This document shows positions 12,611 through 25,096 of a stretch of DNA of 63,891 nt, piece by piece. This DNA is from Raillietiella orientalis (taxonomy: Eukaryota). The notes under the pieces were generated by a model that had not been told where the DNA came from, did not search any database, and was given only the letters and a program-made list of their open reading frames with translations. Both the position numbers and the translations under genes were made by a program. The stretch covers positions 1 to 63,891 of the forward strand of contig JAYWIR010000148.1 in NCBI GenBank assembly GCA_036172245.1. The letters run 5' to 3'. Numbering within the stretch: the first letter of the stretch is position 1; the number at the start of each line of letters is the position of its first letter.

Positions 12611-15600
12611 GTTGTCACCCGGGTATGCTCGGGGCGTTCATTGGAAAAACTCTGCATAAACGTGGTACAAGTCCTTAGTAACGGCGACACAACACCGGAC
12701 CTGCCGTGATGCCGGGACGCAGCCCGGCGTGACGCTCCTCGGCAGTGGAGGGGGATAGGGATCAAAAGAAAAAGAAAAATAAAGATATGAAAAGAAAAAA
12801 AAAAGAGTTTGGAGGGTGGAAAAGGGATCACAATCCACTGGGAAGAGGGCCCATCTTTCGTAGGATTTCCTCCAGGTCCATCTTCATGCTTCCCAGATGG
12901 GGCCATGTCGCAGCTCTCCGCATGAAGCAGACCGCATACGGGATGACATCCCTCGCGTTGGCATCCACTGCTTCGTCGCGAATGTTGCTCCAGGTCGCCA
13001 CGATGCCCCGGATGCAGCAGAGGGCTGCGAGGGCTGCGGCGGGCTGCAAGGCGTCTCGCACGAAGAGGGGCCGAAGAACGTCTCTGGGCGCGCTGCACAT
13101 TGTGAGCCCGAGGGTCGTCCCGAACCGTTCCCACAGGGGTCGGAGGGCAGCACAGACAACAAGTAGGTTGGGGAGCGATTCCCGCTCCCCGCACCTGGAA
13201 CACTCAGGCTTTATACTTCCCCGCGTCCAGTGGAAGCGGCGCGTGTTGCAGGGTAGACCCCAGTGCAACAGTAGCAGCGCCGACTCTTGCCACTTCAGGG
13301 GGAGAAGCCTGGATCCGATTAATATTGGGGGCCACTTCAGGTCATCCGTCGGGATGCCGAGCAGCTTGCCCCATCTACGAAGTCCACAAGGGAGGGCACT
13401 CGGGGTTGTGGCATCGGCCAGTTCCCCCATGGTCCAACCGCTCATCTTCTTTTCCTTGCCTGATATTCGGCAGGAGACTTCCCACTTTGGCTTGCGGCCG
13501 CTGGTTAAAGCCCTTCGTAGGAAAGGCAGGATCGAAGCTAGAGGGGTAGTCTCCGCCCACGTCCTCATGGCGGGACACTCCAGAGAAGTCCGCATTGTGC
13601 GGCAGGCGTTGGGTCCGAATCGCAGGCGGTTCCATTCCGGGAAAGTCTGGAGGTTCAATTTGGCCCATGTCGCAACGGATTTCTCCAGCCAGGCGGAGGA
13701 GTTTGCGGGGCTCCATACCGTCCAGCCGTTGTCTCTCAGCAGGGCTTCCATGCTCCCAAGGAGAAGGCCGCATATTCTGACCTTCCTGCCAGAACACAGA
13801 AGGTACGACGCGATTTCTTGCGTCCTGGACACAAGGCTGGCGAGGAGTCGTGCCGGAACGCACCAAGGGGTGCTCCATGACTTTGCTGCGATGGCGAGGG
13901 TGCGCTATCGCGGCTGTAAGTCCAGGAGCTCCAGCGTCAGGAGGCCGAGACCGCCGTCCCGACGAGGAGCGCATAAGTCATCTAGAGGCACAGGTGGCCT
14001 CCCGCTGCCCCAGAGGGCGATGCGGAGTAGGTCCTTGGTCCTCTTTGTAATGTTACGGGGGACGAAGCAAACAAAAAGCAGGGGGCGGAGGATGGGAGCC
14101 GCGAACGCGTTCCGCACCGCGGCCCGTTCCGGCAGAAGGAACTTGCCTTCCAGGAACGGGACGATTCCAACTCTACCTTTTGGAGACGACCTGACCAGGC
14201 TTCTGCGAGGCAGAAGTCCCCCAACGGGACACCCAGGTACTTCAGGTACCTGTCCGTGGGGATCCCTAAGCAAATCCAGTCAGGCCGTCCGACCCACGTC
14301 GCACCCACCGGTACGACCGACGACTTCGCCTTGTTTACCCGAAGTCCAGTCCCACGAATTAGCAGGTCGAAGAAATCCTCGACTGCGGCTGCCGAAGCGG
14401 ACATGGGCAACATTAGCAGAAGGTCGTCGGCGTATGCTGCTACGGCGGGCGTGCCGGGTCACGAGCTGGGCAGGGCAGCCAATGTCACCCTGTACGCTCT
14501 CAGCATCAACTCAAAGTAGGTGCTAAAAAGCAGGGGACTGATGCTATCGCCCTGCCGTATGCCCCGCCGCACCGGCGCGCCGTACACCTGTTGGCTGGAA
14601 AAGCAGGTGTTAAGGATGGCGTTGCGCTAGCAGGAGCGCAGGAAGGAGAGAAGGGAGGGTGGGAAGCCCATGCGACCCAGGAGCTCCAGCAGTAGCTCCT
14701 GGTCAACGCAGTCGAACGCCTTATGGAGATCGACCGCGATCGCTAGGGCCCCCTTCCCAGCCCGGGTGTCCATTCCTAGCCCAGCTGGTGACCCCAAAGT
14801 GGGGTAGCCAATCTTTCCGCCAGTTTCATTCAGGCAGCGCTGCACATGGAACCATGTACTTGCGCAGAAGAGGTTGGCATCCATACTTCGCCCGGGAACA
14901 GCGTATGTCTGCTCCGGGCTAATTATTGAGTCTGCCACCTGTCCTAGACGCGAAGCCCACAGTCCAGCGACCAGCTAGGCGTCCGTATTCACAATTGTAA
15001 TCGGACGCCAGTTGCCTAGGGATCTCAGATCTCCTCCCTTCGGGAGGAGCCTCACACGGGCTGACCGAAACCAGGCGGGAACTTCGCCTTCGTCTCGGAT
15101 CAGCCCGGTCAACTGGAGCACCAGGGGGGCCAGCTCTGTCGCGAAGCATTAAAAAAATTCTGCAGGCAGGCCATCCTCCCCTACCGCCTGACGCCTCTTA
15201 ATTCTTTTAATACCGGCGAGAATTTCACCGGTAGAAAAAGGCTCGTCGAGGCTGATCCTCTCCTCCTCCCCTATTGCCTGGCCTCCGTCCGGAAGCAGGA
15301 GCCGCGAGGCGTCCTGCTCTGGGGGTGCCCTAGTGTCGAGGGAGGAATAATACTGCCGCACGATGTGCCTGATCGCGGGTGGGGCCGATCGCTCCCGGCC
15401 CTGGTCGTCCAGCAAGCTGGCCGACCCGGATTGCCAGGCTTGGCGCTCGGCCCCGGCCCGATATTCGGCCAGGCGACGGACACTGGGTGTCCTCTCGTAC
15501 CGGCGGGCCTGTGAATAGACCCTATGGTTCCGAGATCCCTCCCCAAATCCGGGGGGCAGGCGGTGCAGGGAAAACTCCTCGCAGAACTCGCGGACCGAGG

Positions 15601-18270
15601 CCTTGAAGAGGTCCCAATCTTTGAGACTGCGGAGGGTGACGCCTCTCAGGAATTCGCGAAGGTGTTCCTTCGCACCTGAGAGCCGCGTCCAGTCCCCAGG
15701 CAACCGCCACGCTTTGGCCGGGGTCCTTTATCGCGCGGGTATACCTCGGCGATTAACCTGGAATGTTCCGACAGCGTCGACGCAACTTTTCCCCGTTTGC
15801 CGACCCGGAAGCACAGGTCGACATCCAGGAAGAAGTGGTCGATGCTGCGGTCCATTCCCTCCGCGTCCGCCAACAAGTTGGGCGTGCGCATGGCAGCGCA
15901 CAACTCGTTGGCCGTGCGTTCTTGTGCTTCGGGCTCACCTGACAGCAGACGGAGACTAAAGTCCCCAGCTATCAGGTGTGCCTTCCGCACGTTCGTATCG
16001 GCCAGCCAGTCGCGCTTCAGGGTTTCCAGCAACCTGGTACTGTCGCTGTATCCCCCTTTCCCGCTTGGGGCGTACACGTTTGTGACGATCAATTCAATCG
16101 AGTCGGACCAGCTGAGAATTAGCTGACCGACCCGACCGTCGTCATCGGAGCGTACACCTTTCACGGTAGCGTCGATGGCCGGCTTCACGAAATACGCGAA
16201 CCCACAGGTGTTGCGGGCGCCGCATCGCCAATACAGTCGACGCCCCGCGAACGTGTTGATCTCCTGGACGTCTGCCGAGGTGATCACGTGGATCTCCTGC
16301 AGCAGGGCAAGGTCGAACTCACGCAGGGTGTCGGCCGTATCTCGTCTGTTGCCGTCGTCGCGCAGCCCGTTGACGTTCCAGCTGGCCACGCGGATTCGAC
16401 GGCGGCAGGCGAGCCCAGGTGTTATTCCTGGGAAATCGGCTCTGCGGCGTCCGCCACCTGTTGGGGCGGGACGCGAGTTGGGGCAGGAGGGACAGGTGCC
16501 TCGAGCACCTGGTCCCTCTGCTCCATCGGTGACGGGGCGTCGGGCGGGTCACCCTGCGGTGGGGTCGCGCCTACCTGTTGGCCCTCCTCCATACGGGTGG
16601 GCTGTACAGGGTCCGCGCCGGCAAGGAGGACTTCGCCCCCCTGCTCACCCTCCTCCATGGGGGTGGCCTGCTCGACGACTTCCGCGCGTGGGATTTCCCC
16701 CTCCGGGATTCCCACGCTGCCGTCGGCTTCCTGCTTCTTTTCCTCGCTCGTGGAGGGGAGGCGCCTCCTCGACTTTTGGGACTTGCGTCCCGTCTTCCGG
16801 GGGGGTGCCTCCGGAGAGGAGGATGCACTTCCGGCCCCCAGGTCGCACTCACATGCGGGGGCCTTCTTCGGCGGAGCCGGCCTTCGCACGGCCTTGCGTG
16901 AGGGGTTCTCACGCTCGGCCAGCGTGGCCGCGAGCTCCTCCGCCGCCTGCGCGAACGCGGCGTCCTCGCTTTCGGCGCGCGCTTCGCGCGGCTCACCCTC
17001 TGTGCAAACAGAGGGTTCGTCGTCGCGTACCTCGGGCGCGGCGGAAACGGCGAGGGGAGGCTCGTCGCCCTGGTTGGCAGCCTCGGGGACGGCAATCCGT
17101 TTGAGTGCCACCGTGCACTCACGAAGAGTTTTCGAGCGCAAACCGGGTTTATTCGGTTTCGCGCTCTTTTCTCTCTTCGCTCTCGCGGGTTCCACGGGGG
17201 GAACTTTTTTTTCTTTTCTGTCCTTAACCAGCTTCCATCCTTCTTCCTCTCCCGCGTCTTCAGCAAGTTTTCCCTCCGACGCCTAAGTGGGAGGAACAGG
17301 AGATGGCGGCTGGGGCCTGCCAGTTTCGCGATAAGGTCTTTCGACCTTTTTTCCTTTTCTAACCTGTGCCTTTTTGGCAGCAGGTGGCACTGGGGTGGGG
17401 CGTTTGGGGCACACACGACGTAAGTGTCCCTTAACTCCGCACAAGTGGCACTCGATATTCGGGCACCGCTTGCGCAAGTGCCCTACTGCATCGCAGTATC
17501 CACAATAGCGGGGTTTCCCCACGTACCAGAGGTCGACGGATTTCTTTCGACCTCCAGTTTGTGGGGCAAGCCACTTCCCTCATTAACCGTTACACGCGCT
17601 GCGGCCTGGCCTCCGAAATGGCTATTAAATCCTTCGAAAATGGTAGGCTTTGGCCACAACGCGTGTATCTCACCGTACTTACTTAGTGCATTACTCACCG
17701 CAGATCGCGTCATGCAGTTCGTAATGCCGTTTAGATGGACCACTACGGAGCGGTCCATGCTAACCGGCAGGATCTTCCAGCCATCCACATTCAGCGGGGT
17801 GATATTGAGGCGCTGTGCTAAGGCTACGTCTTTGCGGACGACCTCCACGCGTTGCCCCCGCTGAGTACGGAGAGGCCGTCAAGATCCTTTTCGCGTACAG
17901 GAAAATCCTGCAGTGCCCTACTAAAAGCCCGGGCCGTGCGACCATCAAACAGGGGTCCTACCTTATATACCAGAGATGGTTTATATCCGGAGGCCCTGTA
18001 GGCCGCTTGCTGTGCCAGGGTTTCCGCGCTCGGCGCGGAAACCATGACGCTCCACGTCCTCGGCGTTGCCGGGGATGATTCCGGGGCGGACACCCCTGAT
18101 TCTGCAGACTGTGGAGGTGGGCAAGCCTCCCTCACACCTACCTACATCGTGGTGTCCTCAGGTATCGCTGCCATCGGACACCAACGATGTTCCACACGAA
18201 CACACACAAAGAAAAAACCGCTTCCTGTAGACTCGCTCAAGAGCTCAGGAAAAACACGTCCGCTCGCCAA
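12611..18270 (-). mobile_element. Family C element, full length, antisense inside the family B copy
   Basis: ORF1 about 18174 to 16422 (CGYCDAVGHLRKRC, CHLCGVKGHLRRVC); ORF2 16422 to 12828; flanked by gggattttgg (12601-12610) and ggtagttggg (18271-18280). Confidence 0.93.
12828..16422 (-). pseudogene. ORF2 (APE-RT-CCHC) of the family C copy, frameshifted
   Basis: ORF pieces 15646..16389, 15149..15703, 14627..14938, 13982..14413 and 12828..13832 are collinear with family B ORF2. Confidence 0.9.
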
Positions 18271-21137
18271 GGTAGTTGGGGAGGGGCCGCGTAAAGAAGG
18301 TGCTATCTTCAGGCTCGACGTTACGCAAGAACCCCCGACATGCGCAGGTTAGCAGAGTATCGAGCGGGAGCCGAGAGGCAAGCCTGGCAATGCGTGTCGG
18401 CCAGCTTGCTGGATGACCAGGGCCGGGAGCACTCGGTTCCCGCTCAGAAACGCGGGATAGTGAGGAAATTTTACTCCTCCCTGTACGCCAGGGCGCCTCC
18501 GGAGCAGGCTGTCTTACGACTTCTGCTTCCGGAAGGTGCTCGAGCAATCGGGGAGGAGGAGAAAAGGAACCTCTACGAGCCTTTCACGATGGTCGAGATC
18601 ATCTCGGCCACCGGAAAGCTAAAGAGGCGAAAGGCACCACGGGAGGACGGCCTGCCTGCGGAGTTTTATCAAACTTTCGCGGCAGAGCTTACTCCTTTGG
18701 TACATCAGCTCACCTTGCTGATCCGCGAAACAGGTGACGTTCCCACCTCGTTTCGTTCAGCAAAGGTGCGGCTCTTCCCTAAGAGAGGAGACCTAAGGAG
18801 CATGAACAACTGCCGTCCCATCACAATAGTGAATGCGGACGCCAAGTTGCTAGCCAAGCTGTGGGCAGAGCGCCTGGGACGGGTCGCCAACATCTTCATC
18901 AGCTCGGAGCAGACATATGCTGTTCCCGGGCGAGGTATGGAGGCGAACCTGTTCCACGCTTCCACATGGTTAGAGTTCCAACAAGGAAGGAGCATAATAA
19001 GCAGCAGGAATTCCGGTGCGTCCGTCGGTGGAAGACGGGATGGTCGGCAGGGGAAAGGAGCCCTCGCGGTCGCAGTCGATTTGCATAAAGCATTCGATTG
19101 CGTCGATCAGAATCTCCTTTTAAAGCTTCTGGAACGCTTGGGATTCCCGGCCTCATTGCTGGCCTATCTGCGCTCCAGCTGGCGCGACGCGCTTCTCAAG
19201 GTTTTTTAGTGGATCCACCGTGTACGGCGTACCGGTGCGACGCGGCATACGGCAGGGAGACAGCCTCAGCCGCTTGGTCTTCAGCTCCTATTTGTAATGG
19301 GTACTAAGAGCATACAGGAAGACTCTGGCACACCTGCCGTGCGATTGTCCCGGTACGCCTGCGGTTTCGGCGTACGCGGACGATCTCCTGCTGCTGCTGC
19401 CTATTTCCACCCTGGCCTCGGCGGTCGAGGACTTCTTCGACCTGCTGAATCGTGGAACAGGACTGGCGATGAACAGGGCGAAGCCGTCCGTAATGCCAGT
19501 CGGAGCGGCGTGGGGAGGGCAGCAGGACTGGGTCCGTTTGGGGATCCCCACGGTTAGGTACTTCAAGTACCTTGGTGTGCCGTTGGGGGACTACTCCCCT
19601 GCGGAAGCGTGGTCCGGCTGCCTTCAGAAGGCTCAGTCGGCGATCGGCCCATTCCAGGACGGCAGGTTCGGCGGCCTCCCTCCTTCGCCCCTTGCCTTTT
19701 GTTTGCTCCCCCTCAGCGGAGTCAAAGAAGAGGACGAAGGACCACCTGAGGATCGCCCTTTGGAGCAGAGGTAGGCCCCGAGTCCGTCTATCGGACTTGC
19801 GCTACTCTTAGGGTTGGTGGTTTTGGCCTCCTGACGCTGGAGCGGCTGGAGCTTCAGCTCCAGTTCTGAAGTGTTGCCTTGATGGCAAAAAATTGGTGCA
19901 CCGCCTAATAGCTCCCTGCACGTCTCCTCGTCGATCGGGTCACCGGCAATACGAGACTCTCGTCCTACTTTGCACTCCGAAGTCCCTTCTGTCACTAAGG
20001 ACTCCAGCTACAAAGGGTGGCAGGCTCGTGAAGACCAACTCGGAGCAGATCCCCGTACGCCCTGCGAACGGTCCTGCCTGTCTGCAGGGAACCGTACGCA
20101 CGTGGGCGATGACTCCGGAGCAGAGCACGCAACACGAGCGAATAGCTCTGTTCGCGCCGCACGCCCACCGCACGCTCCGAGAAATCATCGAGGAACCCCG
20201 AAGGAGAGAGTGGGCACAAAGAACCTCCCTTGCAGCGGTACTACATACCATGAGGGAACATCTGGACAGTAACGTCGCGGAACAATGGGAGGTTACTTTC
20301 AAGATCGCCAAAAGGGAGAAGATGGGGGACTGAAGAACGGCTCAGCTGACCAACGCTGCGAGCCCGAGGACCACCCCACACAACTCTTGCGCTGAAGCGA
20401 GCTACTGGATGTTCCAAAGAAATATCTGGAGTGGCCCCCGGTGCTCATGGACACGCTCACCCTCTTTATGAAGTTGCAACATTCGGCACTCCTGGTGTTG
20501 CATTGGGGCCTCCTTTGCAACTCTTGCCGACACTACTGGACGCGGGGGAGTGTCAACCCCAATTGTGACAGGTGCGGGGAGAGGTAATACCTCTTCCACC
20601 TGTTAGTGGAATGTGTTGCCCTTTGTCCCTTGGAACGCTTTGCCGCAGCCCTGGGGACTCCCGGAGGCAACTTCAGAGACTCTTTGGGCCCCTTCTTCGT
20701 CCATGATGCCCTGCCTCCAGCGGCCTCGCTTGCAGTCCTGTGCTGCCTTCGCGGGATCGTGGTGGCCTGGAGCAAAGCGAAGGGAGGGTCCAGCAACAGT
20801 GACGCCACCGTGTGCGCCCCCTGCTTCCAGAGGATGGCGACGCTATGGCCCCATCTAAAATCCTACATTCAGCGACAGCTTGCCGGCATCCTCCAGAGGA
20901 TGATGGACCCTTTCAGCAGACTGTGATCCCTTCCCGCTCCCCCCCCAATTTTTGTTTATTTTCTTTGTTTTTCTTTTTTTCGTTTCCCCCCCCTCTGCTG
21001 CCGAGGTCTACCGCACCGGTCTGCACACCGGTAGCCCGGCAAGCTATATCTTTCCACGGCGCTGCTGGACTACTGGTCCAGTCACAGATTGTGTAGGTTT
21101 ATTCGTGAGAATAAACGTCCCTGCGTACCGGGTTTCC

Positions 21138-23743
21138 ATAAAGACTCTGCAGCGTGACGCCTCTCAGGAATTCGCTAAGGTGTTCCTTCGCCATTGAGAG
21201 TCGCGTTTAGTCCCTCGGCAGACGTCACTCCCTAGATGGCGGTCCCTTGTCGCGAAGCCGCATCTCGACAATTAGCCGGGAATGGTCCGACAGCGTCGGA
21301 GCAATCTTCCCCCGTTTGCCGACCCGTGAACGCAGGTCAGCATCAAGGAAGACGTGGCGGATGCTGCGGACTAGTCGCCTCTCACCTGCGAACAAGTTGC
21401 GCGCACGCATGGCGACGCACAACTCGTTCATCGCGTTCACTTGTGTTTCAGGTTCACCTGTTTGCAGGCGGATATTGAAATCTCCCGGTATCAGGAGAAC
21501 CTTTCGCACGTTCGTGTTGGACAGCCAGTCACGCTTCAGGGACTCAAGCAGCCTGGTACGATTGCTGTATTCCTTTTGACTGGTTAGGGCGTACACATTT
21601 GTGTACGCCCACTTGTGAAGATCAGGTCGTTCGAATCGGACCAGCCGAGAATCAGCTGACCGACCCGACCGTCGTCATCGAAGCGCACACCCTTCACGGC
21701 AGCGTCAGTGGCCGGCTTCACGAGGAACGCGACCCCGCAGGTCTTGCGGATGCCGCATTGCCAGAACAGCCGACCCCCAGCGTTCGTCTCGATCTCCTGG
21801 ACGTATGCCGCGGTGATCACGTGGATCTCCTGCAACAGAACGAGGTCGAACTCCCGCAAGATTTCGGCTGTACCTCGCCTGTTACCGTCTTCGCGCAGCC
21901 CGTTGACATTCCAACAGGCCGCGCGAATCCGACAACGACTGGCGAGCCCAGGTGTTACTGATGGGAAGATGGAGAATCGGCGTCCGATACCTGCTGGAGC
22001 GAGACACTAGGTGAAGGAGGAGGGTCAGCTGCTCAATGCACCTGGTCCCCCTCCTTTATAGGTAATGGCGCATCAAGCGGGTCACCCACAGGTGGGGTTG
22101 CGCCTACCTCTTCGCCCTCCTCTATGGGGGTGGCCGGTTCGACGGCTTCCGTGCGTGGGAATTCCTACTTCGAACTTCCCACGCTGGCGACGGCTTCCGT
22201 CTGCTTTTGCTTGCTGATGGAGGGGAGGCGCCTCCTGGTCTTCTGGGACTTGCGTCCCAACTTCCCTGGGGCTGCCTCCGAGGAGGAGGATGTACTTACG
22301 GCTTCCAGTTCTAACTCACATCTGGGGCTTCTTCGCCGGAGCCGGCCTTCGCACGTCCTTGCGCGAGGGGTTCTCACGCTCGGCCAGCGTTGCCGCGAGC
22401 TCCTTCGCCGCCTGCACGAACGCGGCGTCCGAGGCTTCGACCGGCGCGTCGCGCGACTCACCCTCTGTGTAAACAGAGGGTTCGCCGTCGCGAGCCTCGG
22501 ACGCGGCGGAAACGGCGAGGGGAGGTTCGTCGCTCCGGGTGGCAACCTAGGGAACGACGGTTCGTTCCAGTGCCACCGTGCACTCGTGGAGAGTTTTCGT
22601 GCGCTGACCGGGTCTTTTCGGTTTACCGGCCGTCTTGCGCCCTTTCTTCTCCACGGTTGGGAGTTTCTTCGGCTTTCTGGATTCTACAAGCATCCATCCC
22701 TCTTCGCTTTCCACCGTTTCGGAAGATTTATCCTCCGGCTTATGCGCCGGAGGTTGTGGTGTGAGGTTGAGTGAAAAAGGGCCAGCACAAGCTGCCTCTT
22801 TTCCACTTTAGGTCGAGAGACTTTTGACGCGCGTTCCCCCTGCGCTTTTTCGCGGCAGGGAAAACCAGGGTGGGGCGTTTGGGGCACACGCGCAGAACGT
22901 GGCTTCGCTCCCCGCACAAGTGCCATTGTATATTGGGACCCCTTTTTCGTAGGTGCCCCACGGTATTACAATGCCCGTAATACCGGGGATTCCCTACATA
23001 CAACAGGTCGACGCTTTCTTGTGCCACCTGTACTTTGTGGGGAAGCCCACCATTCAACTTCACGGTGACTTGCGCTGCAGCCTGACCACCAAAAAGGCTA
23101 TCGAAGCAGTCGAAAATGGTGGGTTTCGGCCACAGTGCGTGCTCCTCACCGAACTTGCGCAGTTCTTCACCAACCGCTGACCGCCTCAGTCGTCTGGTGA
23201 TGCCGGTCATGTGGACCGCCACAAAGCGGTCCAATGACACTGGCAGGATCTTGCAGCAGTCAAATTTCAGCGGCGCGTGAATCAGACGGTGAGCCAAGGT
23301 AACGTCCTTACACACCACCTCGACCCGCTGCCCGCCGCTGAGGACAGAGAGGCCGTCAAGATCCTTTTCTAGTATATTCGCCTTCTGCAGCGCCCATCTA
23401 AATGCGCGTGCAATCATGCCGTCAAACAAGTTACCTACCTGGTACACGAGCAAAGAATTGTACCCGCAGGCCTTGTATGCGGCCATCTTTGCCATGGCTT
23501 CCGCGCTGGACGCTGCCACCATGGCGCTCCATGTCCTCGGCGTTTCCGGGGATGATTCCGGGGCGGCTGCCCCTGCTCCAGTAGGCTGTGAAGGCGAACT
23601 AGTCTCCCCCACTCCTACCTCCATCGCGGTGCCCTGAGGCATCATGGCCATTGGGCACCGCCGATGTACACAAAACACCACACACAAGAAAAAGCGCTTT
23701 TCTACTATTCTGGGGAGTGAAGGAAAAACACGTCCTCCAAATT
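21138..23743 (-). mobile_element. Family C-like element, 5' part (ORF1 MAMMPQG..., APE)
   Basis: ORF 22740..23687 is an ORF1 homolog; APE LLQEIHV and GDFN; TAACA junction at 21953-21957; GGACGTG at about 23729-23735. Confidence 0.9.
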
Positions 23744-25096
23744 GCCATGGAGGGGGCTGGCTGCAGCGAGACAGCCAGCTCCTCCGCCGCTCGTGCGAAA
23801 CCTACGTCATCGTTGGTGGTGTCGATGACGGACGCCGCCGCCGGGTCGCTCCCCTCGCTGTTGACAGAGTCAACAGTGGGGAGGTCGTCGGTCGCGGCGA
23901 GTTTTTTCTAGAAGCGTTGGGTAACATCGTGCACGCGTTCGACGAGGACGCTGAATTCTTTAATTATCGCGCTACCCTGCTCTTTCTTCTTCTGTTGCTA
24001 GGCGATTTTTTTCCATTCCTCACTCCTTTGATTATTTGGCTTTTGCAACTTGCCATCCAGTCTCCTGGCCGGTTCCCTCAACTTTTTGGCGTTGTTCGCG
24101 GTGGTCTTGGGTGCTGCCTTGGTCTTGGGAGCTGGTGGCGCAGCCTTCGCGGAGCTTTCGTGGCCAGCCTCTTTTGTAGCAATCAGGCCGTTTTTTTACC
24201 GTTTCTCTTGAAACCACCCGCACTACTGCTTTTTAGCACACCTCCTCCGTGTGACGCATTGTTCCGCATACTTGGCACTTCACGTTGGGACCTTTTTTGA
24301 GATGGCCAGACGTATTCCAGTAGCCGCTGTATTTCGGCTTCCCCACATACCATAGGTCGACGGTTTCGCCATCGACCACCAGTTTGTTGGGAAAAGTGCA
24401 GCCGTCCCGAACAGTCTCGCGTGCAGCCGTGACGCGGTGCTGCACCGTCGTGAAGTCCTCAGAAGGACTAACCTTCGACCACTGCGCGTGGACCGTTCCA
24501 TACTCTTCCAACGCGGCGCGAACCTGTTTTTCCGCATCCGCACCGTGACGCCTGATAGGTGTACCACCATGCTGCGTTTCGCCGTAATGGGGAGGAGCCT
24601 GCGCGTTTCCAACATCACGGTTTTTTTGAGTAGACGTTGGGCCAGCTCTGCTTGTTTGCAGATGACCACAACGTACTGATCCCCGCTGCGGATGGTCATA
24701 GCGTTGATCTTCTCTTCCACATCGAAAGCGCGCTTCTTTTTCGAGAAGGCGCGCGCGCTCTCCGAAGAATAAAGATTGCCAACCTTGTAGAACAATGAGG
24801 GGTTATACCCCTCTGCCACATAGGCCGACAATTTCGCAACGGCTGGACGCGATGGCGCCGACACAACGGCGCTCCACGTTCGCGCTGCAGCGGAAATTGA
24901 TTCCCCAGAGGCGATGGAGGGGGGGCGGATGCCCCTCCTCCATCGCCCCTTGGGTCGGCGTTACCGCTGCGCCCTGGCCACCTCTGTTGTACACGTCAGG
25001 CATCACTGCCAGATCGACCACCGAACCACACGATGCTTGCTTTAGGGAAGACTTTCTGGCACGAGGAGAACCGAGAAAACACTTCCGCCCTCGAGC
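23744..25096 (-). mobile_element. Family A element, degraded 5' part (ORF1 to ...SLQPAPS)
   Basis: Family A 5'UTR, EGYNPSLFYKVGNLYS, VDLWYVGKPKY. Confidence 0.88.

Larger units (their letters stand above)
9967..21137 (+). mobile_element. Family B element, second copy in tandem, split by the insertion at 12611-18270
   Basis: Near-identical to 4415-9966; ORF1 10067-11723; ORF2 11723-12610 resumes at 18271 and ends at 20926. Confidence 0.92.

Noticed and set aside
12745..14526. 593-aa plus-strand ORF
   Set aside because: Antisense shadow of a GC-rich ORF2 with no motifs; an equally long ORF is not kept in paralogous copies.
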